The notes: generated from the sequence alone by a model not told the origin. A stretch of 64,000 nucleotides of DNA from Octopus sinensis (GCF_006345805.1 NC_043011.1:67096464-67160463), one strand, 5' to 3'. Shown: positions 13,266 through 27,164, counted from the first letter of the stretch. Translations and numbers: made by a program.

Positions 13266-14164
13266 ATAAGGAGCGCATGCGAATACCGCAACATTCCTTT
13301 AACTTCTTACTGTAAATCACGTGTGATTGCATATTCACTTTAATAGTCATTATTACAACCAGCTATTAAGCTGTTGATTATTTGAATAAATTCTGCCCAT
13401 CACTAAGATATCAACAACTTGGTCTCTTGTATTACTTACATTAGGTCTTATCCCTGAAACAGTTCTCAACACTGTTTTTCTGTGCTGTTTATTGTTACTA
13501 AGCGTTGATACAAACGCTGTGAATTGATGTCGTTAACTCTACGCTATAAAAAAGGGAATAATTATCACCTCATTTACAACTGATTATCTTGTTTTATTTG
13601 AAATACATTACTTTTGTAATGAGATTGTTAACAGAAATGCCTTGTGAATTTCTAGTTCCCATTGCTATTTCTTTTTTGCGATCGTTTACTAAAATATTGC
13701 TCTATTCTATTTTTATCATCGCTCTTGATCACTGAACTAATTGCTTTTGTTGTAGAGGAAAATTTAATGAAACTGAAGCCGTATTATATAACGTCCTTAT
13801 ATAATGAACTAGCGTTTTTGTGTAGGTATGGTATCATAGTATGAAATACTTAGATTCTTAGATGATTACTCGAGTATTCAATCAACAAAGTAGTAAAATG
13901 ATGTCTTTAGAAGATTTACGATAATATCCAAAGATCGTTTCCCAATTATTCCCTCCAAATTGCGTGAGGATCTAACGTTTACGTATAACCAACTAGCAGA
14001 AATATCCTAAATTCGTAAGTAAGTTAGTTCTCTTGATACAGTAGTATCTTATTTATGTGATCGTTTGCCCTACTTGAAATCAAGTTCATATAATCAGAAT
14101 ATTCTATCTTAAAGGAAAATAACAGATGTTTGCTATCCAAGAGAAAGGCAAAGACCGATATAGC

Positions 14165-14329
14165 ATGGCACCAGTGAAGTCGCAACTCATTTCCGCTGTT
14201 CAAAGAACCGTAGCAACGTGAAATAAAGTGCCTTGCTCCGAACACAACACGCAGTTCGGACAGGGAATCGAACACACTACTTCATGATTGTGAGCCCGCC
14301 GCTATAACCATTGACCTATGCGTCTTCAC
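14165..14329 (-). mobile_element. tRNA-derived CORE-like SINE fragment
   Basis: Minus-strand head gtgaagacgcataggtcaatggttatagcggcgggctcacaatc...gtgttcgattccc followed by gtgttcggagcaaggcactttatttcacgttgct. Confidence 0.7.
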
Positions 14330-14926
14330 ATACTCACACACATAGAAACACCCACACCCAACCACGCACGCATATATGTAGTATGTATAGGTACATATGC
14401 GCGTTATTTGTGGCAACATTCTCACTAATCTAACACTGAACGTGATATTAATTGTTAATATTACTTGTGTTTGAAGATGAAAAGGGAATTTGAATTTTGT
14501 AATTTATTGTGTATAAATAATAAGAGTTTTAACCATAGTTTGTAAACGAAACCTGCCTGAAATGTTACAAATATATTTTTTTGTGTCTGCGTAGAGAGAA
14601 AAAAGCTATAATAAAGTAGAATGCAGATTGCGAGAATATCCGCTCTTCTTCGAGTGGAAGAGACAAATAAAACCAGAATTAAGGAATGTATTTACATCAA
14701 AAGACTCATATTATTTACACGATATATTTTAGTTTCATCTTTACAGCTGTTTCGGATAATGTAACTGGTTGCAATAATTTGATTCTTGTAGCAAACTGAC
14801 GAGGGAAATTCATCCACAGTTTGCAAATAAGACTTAATTACCCTATTTAGATTGTATACGCAACTTGTTTATATGTTCTTAATATGCATGTCTGTATATA
14901 TGTGTGTCTGTGTCTGTGTCTGTGAG

Positions 14927-14957
<31 letters not shown>

Positions 14958-15362
14958 ATCCGTCTGTGTGATAAGGGGTGTTATATACAGGGGCTGAATT
15001 AGTATTCTTCAACTAAATGAGCAATTGTTAGTGGACCAGGCAAGGGCAGCAAGAACAAATGGGTTGTTAAGAGACTAGGAAATTGATGATAGCATTTCAC
15101 TAGCCTGTAACGTAACTATTATTGACAGAGTTCTCTCTAGTTGATGATACGTGGCCCTTTGACGCAGGAATATTTAGGACAAAACGTCGTGGTTAAGAAG
15201 ATCGCTTCGCGACCATGTGGGTTTCTGTTCTTTTACACTGCACTGAACTTCGAGCAATTCTCTCGTAATATACTCTCAAATCGACCAATGTCTCTTCAGT
15301 GCATTACTAGACAGAAGCTGTTAAAGACTGCTATCATCTCTTTCTCTCTCTCTCTCTTCCTG

Positions 15363-15394
<32 letters not shown>

Positions 15395-15710
15395 CATATA
15401 CACACACACATATATACATATACATGTTTATAAATTTGTGTTCCACGATTCTTGATTTGAAACCTTGTGCTGAAAGAGATTTTCTTGTATTTCGGGACGG
15501 TCGTTTTCCTTCCCCAAGTAAACACACACACACCCTATATATTCGTTCTTCATTCGTTTATTATTGTTCTTGTTGTAACGCAAGTCCATTTTAATAAAAG
15601 TATCAAGAACGAATATGTAGTGCATGTGTTTAATGGGCAAAGGAAAAAATCATTCCGAAATACAAGAATATGTGTGTGTGTATTTATGTATATATATATA
15701 TATATATATA

Positions 15711-15982
15711 TCACGTGACCGACCAGACCATCAGATGTTGCTACACTTCGCTGGTCACAATGCGCTTCGCATTGTTTTAGCCTTCGAATGACGCCACCCC
15801 GCTGGTTAAGCGAGCAGGCCAGCAGAAAAAAGAGTGAAAGAGTATAGCACTCCCTGCCGGAGCCTCGTGGAACTTTTAGGTGTTTTCGCTCACTAAACAC
15901 TCACAACGCCCTTTCTGGGAGTCGAAACCGTGATCCTACGACCGCGAGTCCGCTGCCCTAACCGCTGGGCCATTGCACCTCC
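15711..15982 (-). mobile_element. tRNA-derived SINE (same head as 57314-57693, different 3' tail)
   Basis: Head and body to ...cctgccggagcctcgtgga match the 57560-57693 segment; the tail (...gcattgtgaccagcgaagtgtagcaacatctgatggtctggtcggtcacgtga) differs. Confidence 0.8.
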
Positions 15983-18529
15983 ACAGTCACACACACATAT
16001 ATATGTGTGTGTGTGTGTGTGTCTGTGCATGCTTGTGTGTATATGTGTTTATGCATATATGTGTGTTTGTGTTTTCTTTGTACTTTTTGACATGGTTGAT
16101 GGTTTGTTGATGGTTTGTTTAAACTGGCTGTTTGGCAAAAGAGCACCGCTTGAATACGTAGCTGAGTTTAACACTAACATTTGCATGTTCGTATGTCAAT
16201 GGACGCAAACGCTACATGTCCTTAATCTAATATTCGCAACAAGTAAAAGATTATATATATATGCTGATAAGCAAGCGGAAAAGCTGTGTAATCTTGGATT
16301 CAGCCCTCCAGTGAACATAAGGATTTTGCTAAAAAAAAACACTGCCAAACGTGTATTAAAGCTACCCATCTTCAGGTGTACCATTGTGCCCCCTGGGGTA
16401 TACATTTACATTGGTACCATACCGTTTCATGAATTTATCTCTACTATTTAAGTGCTTAATTACTTACCTGAAACATCTGGGCTTTCAATAAAAAAAACTG
16501 ACCAAATAAATTCTATACTGGAAAATTCACTTTGTTATGAATAATGAAAATATGCAATACGACTCTGACGCTTTTGATGACAGTCTATATGATTGTTATT
16601 AGCTAAATTCCAAGATGAGGCCCTTACCTCTTGTTTAGAAACAAGTTCCGTTTTTATGGAAATAATTTAAAGACAGAAAATTACTAAGCAATTAAAAGAA
16701 ATTATGCTTATATACAGATATTCTGACATGTTTGCCTTCAATAGTGTGAGAATGACAGACAGTTATATACCAGTAAATTAGTAGTGTATAAATATAACAT
16801 TTTACTCACATATGTAATTTTCTTTCATACAAGAATTAATTTTAGTTCATTGTATACATTTTCCGGCTGAAAACATACGTGTCATTATGAAATTATGTGC
16901 GCTTCTAAATAAATATTATTTCGGAAGATCTAATTAAATTTCCCTTAGGCTGAGCATATTTCTTTCTCATTGTATATGAAATTTCTTTGCGAAAGAATAG
17001 CGAGAATTACCACAATTATTGATTGTATATATGTGTTAGATGATAATTATTTATGAATATGATACAATGGAAAGTAATTTCAAGTTTTCTTAACAATACA
17101 GATGTCTAAGATTGCTACAGGAACATATTTTTGAACTGGAGATTGTGAGAGAGAGAGAATGAAAACTTATCTCAATATTTTATTGTACAGAGTTTGTTGA
17201 ATCCGAAAATATGTTAGGCAAAATATATACATCGTGGTAGGAGATATAAAGAACACCACCATCCAACTCGCTACTTCACCAGAACCGATACAGAAGAGAG
17301 ACACAACTATTCCGAAATTCTAGATTGCATTGTTTCAGCCTCTAGCTGAAGCCAATAAAGTGTAAATGATAAAAGAAATATATATCCCAAGATAAAACAA
17401 CCGCAGCAGTAATAAAATATGTTATCGTAAATCACAATACACTGATATAAAAAGTAACTTGTAAACGGGTACCCGTAAAGTACGGTATCAGAAATATCAT
17501 GTATAGCAGACAGTGAAAACAACCTCGCAATCTATAGAACACAATCTAAGAGATAATTTTTTAGATGGCAAGAAAGTAAATAAACTAAATATAAAACAAA
17601 CAAACTGAAAGAAGAAAAACAGGCTGTCAGATACAGAAATAATAACAAGGTACATCCAAAACGTGACATAGACAACCAGATCGAAAGCCGACATCTGGAA
17701 ATGTAATATAGAACAAAGGTTACGACATTATGCAAAATATTTTAGAAATATTAACAATGGAACAAGAAGCGCAGAAGGATGAACTTAGTAGAGAAACGGT
17801 TCTCAAACATTTTAACTATGGACCCCTTTCATTCCTGTTTCACTCGCGTGGACCATTATTGCTGTTCCATGTTTTTAAAAAATCCCATAATATTTTTAGA
17901 ATAAAATATTATTAAAAATTTTGCAAAAACACTAAGATATTTGAAGAATTCAAGATTTATAAGCGATTTAGTGCACCCAAGGTCTTATGACTACACGCAG
18001 TTTTATGAACTCGAGCTAAAAAACCACAATAGCAGTGCAATTTATGTTTAGAAAGAGGAAGCTACACAGATTAGTTCTCATCATCACAACAACAACAAGA
18101 ATTGTTTCGAATTTATTCACAAGCCTAGCAATTTTGAGGGGAGATAGGTGGTGTTGATACCATTGATCCTAGTACTCGAGTGGTACTTTAATTTATCAAT
18201 CGTGAAGCGAAGGAAGGGGAAGTTGTTCTCGTTGATATATAAATTTAAAACAATACGTAGCGGAAGAAATACTGCTAAGCATTTTGTCCGACGTGGTAAC
18301 GAGTCAGTCAGTCAGCGCGTTAAACTGCTTCAAATTTTGGCAAACTTTTGAGGGAAGTCGTAAGTTGAATACAATAACCAAAGGACCTGTCTAGCACTTT
18401 ATTTTATTGACTCTGAAAAGATTATAGACGTAGCTAACCCAGCGGGAATTAAACTGGGAGCCTATTGACACGTAAGAGAGACTACAAAGCCGTTTGTCAG
18501 ATGCACCAACAAATCTGTACACCAACTAC

Positions 18530-18572
<43 letters not shown>

Positions 18573-20475
18573 TTTTCTACGATTACCACTTTTCAGTTGT
18601 ATTATATATCATTAAACACATAGTGTCATAACATCAACTGTTGTTGAATTAATGACTATGCCATACCCATTACTCATAGCAGAGTGCCACCATTGAATGC
18701 AGGAAATATTACGTTTGAGCGCTGATGCTGCAGAAGTTAAACTACTTTGATTCTCTTTCACTCTCCCTTTTTTCTTTTTACTTTCTGTGTCTCTCAAAAC
18801 CAAAACCAATCAAAGTTCTCCACAGAACCTGATTCGCCATTAATCGTGTTGGTTGGTCTATTATGGATCTTTTCTTTCTTATTAGCAGCAGTAATTCTTT
18901 GCACAAATAGAAAATAGAGTTATTTATAAGATTCAACAATAGCTACCTTCTTGAAAATGTCTGCATTTCTTGGAAGCAAACAACTTTACTCCTACAAACG
19001 AACAATAAAAATAAACAAACGAAGACGTAAACAAACAGCAAAACATACAACTTATATGTAAATATAGGATTCTTTTCATTATAATTTTATCATTTACAGA
19101 GAAACTTAAATTTATTAACCTTTTTCTTTCCAATAGATTTGACTTTTTACGCTTACGGCAGTATATTTAAAAAGCACTTAATATTTGCGAAGAGGAAAAT
19201 ACCATTCCATAAAGGAAGCTTTGAAAGCACAGCACCAACTGGCCTTTTTTGGTATATCGATATTTCTGAATAATCGATAATGTTTTAAAACGATGCTTAA
19301 AACACTCATTGAGATCACGAAAGGAATGTGATAAGAAAGTATTAGCAGCAAGTCTCAATGGATTTCGATTTAGTATTTCTTTCAGACATTGAATATATAT
19401 TTTCAGCTAAGCCGAAATATCGTCTGATATACACACACACATATTTACATAGTATTGAGCTTACATAAATGTACAATGTATGATGCGGGTTGCAGGTTAG
19501 ACAAAATAAATTATAGGATAAAATATTTAGTTTGAAAATAAAAGCAAATTTTCGTTAAGCATATATGTGGGTTCAAATCCTTCGTAAGGCAACGTGCTCT
19601 TGTTGTTTCCTGTTTATTTTTCGTTGTAGTTTTTGTTTATATCTCGTTCAGTCCTGATGGAGATAACCTATGGTGGTAACCATCCCAGTCTGTGGTTTAA
19701 ATGAAAAGAATTATTAACAGAATTAATCTGACTATTTTTCACTTCGTTCATAGGATTATAGGATTTAACGATGAGAGATTCACTTACTGTTTCGTGGGAG
19801 CAAGTTATTCTTTATAACAAGGCATAAGAAGGAAATATCTACAGCGTTCATGTTACCTCTTTCTCCTGCTGGTATCACAAGCAATATGGTTACTAAAAAT
19901 TTAAGTCATGTCGTTGCAACTTGTTCTGTCATTTACGTTGAGGGTTTGTGGCCTTGTGATTAGGGTCTTTCCTATCTGCGTTGAATGCAACGTTTTGTCA
20001 TTTGTTGTAGTTCATACGGATTGTCGCCAACATACGTATATCTTCGTTGAAAGAAAGCTCTTTGAAAATAACATCATTTAAAGTAATTGAAGAAAAATAT
20101 ATATTTTCAGTAGAGATTTGTATATATTGAAAATTTTATTTATAATGTTAGAGATGTGAATGTGTGCAAACTGGCAGCTGCTTTCAATCGGATGGAAGTA
20201 AAAATGCCAAATGTGCGAAGTTAACAAAATTAAGGAAAGATTTATTGAGATAAATATTTATAGGAAACGTTTAAGAATACAAATGGCGATATTTTTTCAT
20301 TTGTAACAGGTCTATTCTATTGGTTATAAATTATGTGTGTGTGTGTTTGTCCGTGTTTGCATATGCGTGCGTATATATATATAAATACATATATGCGCGC
20401 ATCTATGTATGCATGTATTCATATGTACGTATACACACACATGTACATATACATACACGCACATTATATATATAT

Positions 20476-20860
20476 ACTAGCAGTATCGCCCGGCGTTGCT
20501 CAGGTTTGTAAGGGAAATAACTATAAAGCATTTTTAGAGAGTTATAGCCAAAAAATAGCCAAAAATGGAAAAAAAATGATGGTAAATTTTTTTTTGAGAG
20601 TAATAAAAGGTTGAGTTGCGTCCCCTAGACAGTCTGTGGTTTGTTTTTTTTATTCTCGACCCCATGTCGAATTTATCGATTTTTTTCAGAACTGGGGGAA
20701 CTTTTCAAAATTTTCGCTGCGTTAGTTTTGAATTATGACATTGGGCTATGTGTGTGTCAAGTTTCATCAGAATCGGTTGAAAGCCGTGGTCAGGGTGAGG
20801 GTACGAGAAAACAGACACACAGAAACACGCACAGACAAACTGCCGTTTATATAGAGAGAT
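20476..20860 (+). mobile_element. Non-autonomous Helitron/Helentron-associated (HINE/Lep1-like) element
   Basis: Starts ACTAGCAGTATCGCCCGGCGTTGCTC, has an internal cgac-cccat-gtcg hairpin, and ends aagtttcatcagaatcggttg...acagacaaac...tttatatagagagat; flanked by TA tracts. Recognised by resemblance only. Confidence 0.6.
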
Positions 20861-20867
20861 ATATATA

Positions 20868-20905
<38 letters not shown>

Positions 20906-21399
20906 TATATATATTTTTATATATATATACATACATATATACATATGTATGTATATGTATGTATATATAAATATGTATATATCCATACATAAAAACAGAC
21001 ATATATATATATAAACTTTAAATAATAAGGGTGAAATTTGAATATTAATTTGATTAACATCAATTTAAAATCATTGGCCTAAAATATTGAAAAATCTGAA
21101 GATTCAGAAAAATAATATTACATACATATAAGTGGGATGACAACTAAGTGGACATCCATTATGCTAGATGTAGACCCCATATGGTCTGACCACTAAGAAA
21201 AGATTGTTGTCAAGAAAATTCAGCAAACGCCAGAACGTAAGCGAGCAAGACAAATGAAAAGATACAAAATATACAGGTTAATCACAAACCCGGTTTCATT
21301 GTTACCACTTAAGTAATACTTAAATGCCCGCAATTCATCAGTGTGATCGTCATAGCAAAATATAATTTGAACAACTATACACGAGACGTCCGCATGCGC

Positions 21400-21570
21400 A
21401 CTGTGCAAACCACGGGGCAGATTTCATGAAGAAGATCGTCACTGGTGATGGGAGACGGGTTTATGGTTTCTGCTCGACGCGTTATTTCATCTTGCGTCAA
21501 CGTGAAACTCCGACTAGTGCGCACTACACGTTTGGAGCGGTCAATTAACTCTTGGAACCAAGCCAGGTAG
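21400..21570 (+). mobile_element. Mariner remnant
   Basis: DFMKKIVTGDGRRVYG resembles the mariner FLxxIVTGDExWVY first-D motif. Confidence 0.45.
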
Positions 21571-21798
21571 GTACAATATAATTGTTTGTAGAGATGAGAA
21601 TGTTAGCTTTATTTGCTATTCTCTCAGGATGACAGATTTAAATTTCAAGGGGATTTTACTGCCATTGCTACGAATTGTTCTAACGAAGAAAACCTTTCGT
21701 TGGTCCGTTGATTTATGATTAATATCAGTAACCTATGTACGCTTGACTCTTGCACAAATAAAAAAAATGTGTTATAATCAATTTGAAAAGCAATATTA

Positions 21799-21860
<62 letters not shown>

Positions 21861-21863
<3 letters not shown>

Positions 21864-23948
21864 ATAATAAATATTAGGGAATATATCCAAATTTACAGGG
21901 AAAAAAATCAGATTAAGGATTAAATCCAATTTTATAGTAAAATATTATAAAATATTATTTGAGACAAAACCACTATTTTGCAAAACAAACAAGGAAAGAC
22001 TTAATCAATACATAAAATTTAATAAATAGTCAAAAAAACCGCCACTACAATCGTTTCTTGTCTTGATCGACAATCTTCAGGTGGACTTCCAATCTAAAAA
22101 ATCAAAATTTTAAAATATAAAAATAATACTTTTAAATAATTAAAGTATAAATGAAAAAATATAAGTATATAATCCATATATAACCTATATATAATCCATA
22201 TCGAAAATATAGACTAATTACCACGAATTCCCTAAAAAAACCATGATAAACAAAACTCTTAAAAACATATAACGATAAAATCTCCCTTTGCTAAACTCTA
22301 TAACAAACCTATAAAGTAAACCCCCTAACCTAAACATTCACACACAAATACACACACGTAAACCACAGACTCACGACTTATACACATACCTATACTAACT
22401 TATAAACCTCAATATACACCAAAACCCACTCCCTCCCCACACAGACAAATTAACACATACATCCCAAAACCTAAATAACAAACCCATATACACATTCACA
22501 CACAAAACACACACTCACACGCAAAACACTCACACACAAAAGATACATATACTCCCTCACATATACGCCTATACATACTCACTAAACTCGACATATACAA
22601 CAATACTTACACACCCACAAAAACATTATATACATTTATGAGCTTTAACTCACCTTAGCATCTCTAACAACAACTTACAGTAACCCAATCCCATTCTCTA
22701 TGCCTACCTCACTACTACACTATTCCATTCACATTCCAAGCAACGCTAGTCCACCACCCGGTTATTCACGTGGCAAAACGAACACCACTCAAAAATTATG
22801 AATGAAACAATGTAAAAAAATAACCAACACCTAAAATAGACAAAATACCACGAATTACCTAAAAAAACCATGATAAACCAAAACTCATAAAAGCATATAA
22901 CGATAAAATCTCCCTTTGCTAAACCCTATAACAAACTTATATAGCAATCCCCCTAACCTAAACATTCACACACAAAAAACCCACCCGTAAATCACAGACC
23001 CAAGACTTATACACAAACCTATACTAACTTATAAACCTCAATATACACCAAAAACCACTCCCTCCCCACACAGACAAATTAACACATACATCCCAAATCC
23101 TAAATAACAAACCCAAATACACATTCACACACAAACACACACACACGCAAAACACACACACAACAGATACATATGCTCCCTCACATATACGCATATACAT
23201 ACTCACTAAAACTCGATATATACAACAATATTTACACCCACACTCATACAGATAAATAAATTAATTATACAATTAAAAACTCACAACCAATCTCATATAC
23301 ATAAACACTCTTATGAAAACAACAATAAATACATCGTAATTAACCAGAATATCAAAAATAACATTATGACATAAGGATAAATCAAATACATACTTACAAT
23401 TCAGTTACAAATTATGAAGTGAAATTAGATTCTTAGCCGTTAAAAAACCAAACAAAATTACGTTACCATGGAAATAACTAATGTAAAAAAAGAATACGCG
23501 CCATAGAAAGTAAACGTCATTCATAGTATGAATGGAGAAATATAATAAATGGAACTAAAAACTATTTCCACGTAGCAAACCAACGCTACTTAAAAAAAAT
23601 TTTTTATTATGAATGGATTCTTTAAAAACTATCATGAAAAATCAATTATATACATTTATGAGCTTTAGCTCACCCTAGCAACTCTAACAAACAACTTACA
23701 GTAACCCATACTCAATGCCTACTTCATTACCACCCTAATCCATTCACAATTCCAAGCAACACTAGTCCACCACCCAGTTACAATTCCCAACTCTACCCAT
23801 TCATTCACAATTTCAACGACGTTCCCTTCAACAACTCTACATATAAGCCTCAACATATACACCGGAGATACACTTACACATCCGTGCGGATGGGTGAGAG
23901 TATACAATAAGTGTAGTGATGGGGCTCCCATTTCTAAACACATTTGTA
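21861..23948 (-). mobile_element. Non-coding G+T-rich, HHR-terminated element (PLE-derived, non-autonomous); left arm of the palindrome
   Basis: Reverse complement of 24579-26580 and homologous to 61190-62675; HHR at 22042-22084; diverged internal duplication of about 630 bp (22220 vs 22848). Confidence 0.7.
22042..22084 (-). ncRNA. Minimal type I hammerhead ribozyme motif
   Basis: Minus strand CCAC / CTGAAGA / TTGTC-gatcaa-GACAA / GAAAC-gatt-GTA / GTGG. Confidence 0.8.
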
Positions 23949-24054
23949 TAAGTGCCCACTTCATTCGTTGTACTTGGGTTTGCATGTGAGCCTCAGCATA
24001 TGCACCTAACGGCCACTCCAGCCCCACATGGATAAATAAACACATACATCCCCT

Positions 24055-24085
<31 letters not shown>

Positions 24086-24578
24086 GAGTAATCCCATTCA
24101 CACCAATTATATGTATACAATTATACACACTTGAATAATACATACTAGCCCTAATATACAGAACATACTAATAATCACCAACTAACCACCATCACAAATG
24201 AAACCCACACCCATACAATGACAAAACTCCCCCATACCCTATTTACACCTACATAGTAATCCCAATATATTCTTCCATACATGGACGCAAGTGCGTGAAG
24301 CACATGAACATAATTAGTACGTACAACCCCTAATACACACTAATATATACGTATCAAGCTCGACCTCCACAGTGATAAGTTTACACACAATCACACCCAG
24401 ATGGGTGAATTGCACAACCAGTGAATGCTCACACATACGGGCGCGATTACATTGTTGCATATATCGAGCCAAAATAGTATGCATATGTACATGTGAGGGG
24501 TACACGTAAATGAAGTGAGCGTGTACCCCCTGTATTTATACCCGTGCGTGAATATACACATTGAGACTACCACACAGG

Positions 24579-26580
24579 TACAAATGTGTTTAGAAATGGG
24601 AGCCCCATCACTACACTTATTGTATACTCTCACCCATCCGCACGGATGTGTAAGTGTATCTCCGGTGTATATGTTGAGGCTTATATGTAGAGTTGTTGAA
24701 GGGAACGTCGTTGAAATTGTGAATGAATGGGTAGAGTTGGGAATTGTAACTGGGTGGTGGACTAGTGTTGCTTGGAATTGTGAATGGATTAGGGTGGTAA
24801 TGAAGTAGGCATTGAGTATGGGTTACTGTAAGTTGTTTGTTAGAGTTGCTAGGGTGAGCTAAAGCTCATAAATGTATATAATTGATTTTTCATGATAGTT
24901 TTTAAAGAATCCATTCATAATAAAAAATATTTTTTAAGTAGCGTTGGTTTGCTACGTGGAAATAGTTTTTAGTTCCATTATTATATTTCTCCATTCATAC
25001 TATGAATGACGTTTACTTTCTATGGCGCGTATTCTTTTTTACATTAGTTATTTCCATGGTAACGTAATTTTGTTTGGTTTTTTAACGGCTAAGAATCTAA
25101 TTTCACTTCATAATTTGTAACTGAATTGTAAGTATGTATTTGATTTATCCTTATGTCATAATGTTATTTTTGATATTCTGGTTAATTACGATGTATTTAT
25201 TGTTGTTTTCATAAGAGTGTTTATGTATATGAGATTGGTTGTGAGTTTTTAATTGTATAATTAATTTATTTATCTGTATGAGTGTGGGTGTAAATATTGT
25301 TGTATATATCGAGTTTTAGTGAGTATGTATATGCGTATATGTGAGGGAGCATATGTATCTGTTGTGTGTGTGTTTTGCGTGTGTGTGTGTTTGTGTGTGA
25401 ATGTGTATTTGGGTTTGTTATTTAGGATTTGGGATGTATGTGTTAATTTGTCTGTGTGGGGAGGGAGTGGTTTTTGGTGTATATTGAGGTTTATAAGTTA
25501 GTATAGGTTTGTGTATAAGTCTTGGGTCTGTGATTTACGGGTGGGTTTTTTGTGTGTGAATGTTTAGGTTAGGGGGATTGCTATATAAGTTTGTTATAGG
25601 GTTTAGCAAAGGGAGATTTTATCGTTATATGCTTTTATGAGTTTTGGTTTATCATGGTTTTTTTAGGTAATTCGTGGTATTTTGTCTATTTTAGGTGTTG
25701 GTTATTTTTTTACATTGTTTCATTCATAATTTTTGAGTGGTGTTCGTTTTGCCACGTGAATAACCGGGTGGTGGACTAGCGTTGCTTGGAATGTGAATGG
25801 AATAGTGTAGTAGTGAGGTAGGCATAGAGAATGGGATTGGGTTACTGTAAGTTGTTGTTAGAGATGCTAAGGTGAGTTAAAGCTCATATATGTATATAAT
25901 GTTTTTTGTGGGTGTGTAAGTATTGTTGTATATGTCGAGTTTTAGTGAGTATGTATAGGCGTATATGTGAGGGAGTATATGTATCTTTTGTGTGTGAGTG
26001 TTTTGCGTGTGAGTGTGTGTTTGTGTGTGAATGTGTATATGGGTTTGTTATTTAGGTTTTGGGATGTATGTGTTAATTTGTCTGTGTGGGGAGGGAGTGG
26101 GTTTTGGTGTATATTGAGGTTTATAAGTTAGTATAGGTATGTGTATAAGTCGTGAGTCTGTGGTTTACGTGTGTGTATTTGTGTGTGAATGTTTAGGTTA
26201 GGGGGTTTACTTTATAGGTTTGTTATAGAGTTTAGCAAAGGGAGATTTTATCGTTATATGTTTTTAAGAGTTTTGTTTTATCATGGTTTTTTTAGGGAAT
26301 TCGTGGTAATTAGTCTATATTTTCGATATGGATTATATATAGGTTATATATGGATTATATACTTATATTTTTTCATTTATACTTTAATTATTAAAAGTAT
26401 TATTTTTATATTTTAAAATTTTGATTTTTTAGATTGGAAGTCCACCTGAAGATTGTCGATCAAGACAAGAAACGATTGTAGTGGCGGTTTTTTTGACTAT
26501 TTATTAAATTTTATGTATTGATTAAGTCTTTCCTTGTTTGTTTTGCAAAATAGTGGTTTTGTCTCAAATAATATTTTATA
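24579..26580 (+). mobile_element. Non-coding G+T-rich, HHR-terminated element; right arm of the palindrome
   Basis: Inverted copy of 21946-23948; lacks the last about 85 bp present in the other two copies. Confidence 0.7.
26442..26484 (+). ncRNA. Minimal type I hammerhead ribozyme motif (predicted cleavage after 26480)
   Basis: CCAC / CTGAAGA / TTGTC-gatcaa-GACAA / GAAAC-gatt-GTA / GTGG. Confidence 0.8.
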
Positions 26581-27164
26581 TATATATATATATATATATT
26601 TCAATAGGTGAGTGAATTATCCTATGTTTATTGTCAGCATGGAAAATTCGTTGAACCGATACCAGGGTAGCAAATTCACGTCAGAAACACGGTTGAAGCG
26701 ACCTGTCCAAGAGTAGAAACTCCGGGTTCATTTGCAGAAATTGGTGTGTTATATATGAATAAATGAAAGAATGGAGTCGAACGAAGATGTTAACAAAATT
26801 CCTTTACTCTCGACATATGTTTGGAAGACAACATGGTTTCATTCCAAAGGAATAAAGGGTGTAAGATGCAATCTTCTCATCAGGAAAGAAAGGGGGCCTC
26901 TCTCGGCAACAAGACAAAAAGAAATTTCGATGACCGCCTACATGGTAAACAAAACGATAATAAGTGTTTTTTAAAAAAACCATTAGAAGAATTGACGTCA
27001 AAGTTAGATAGTAGGAAGAGAAGGGTTAAAGGAATGATAGGTAGGGAACCAGTGGAAAGGGAAGGGTATGTTTATTAAGAATATTCAAAGGCTTAGGAAA
27101 GAAATTCGCTATTGAAGTGGAGTGTATGTTAAGCTAATTGTTCAAAGCACGATGCCTATCGTAA

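Larger units (their letters stand above)
21946..26580. repeat. Large inverted repeat: arms 21946-23948 and 24579-26580 (about 2.0 kb each), spacer about 630 bp
   Basis: Boundary matches checked manually (tataaaatattatttgagac vs gtctcaaataatattttata; catttgta vs tacaaatg). Identical peptides on opposite strands in the ORF track (23024-23206 vs 25319-25501; 23719-24120 vs 24515-24808). Confidence 0.95.

Noticed and set aside
22100-23900. Possible NUMT, because of the mitochondrion-like A+C-rich strand
   Set aside because: No recognisable mitochondrial protein, rRNA or tRNA sequence. It ends in an HHR block and recurs at 61190-62675 as an interspersed repeat.
25560-25580. Telomere-like TTAGGG within taggttagggggattgc
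   Set aside because: Single occurrences per subrepeat, with no tandem array.
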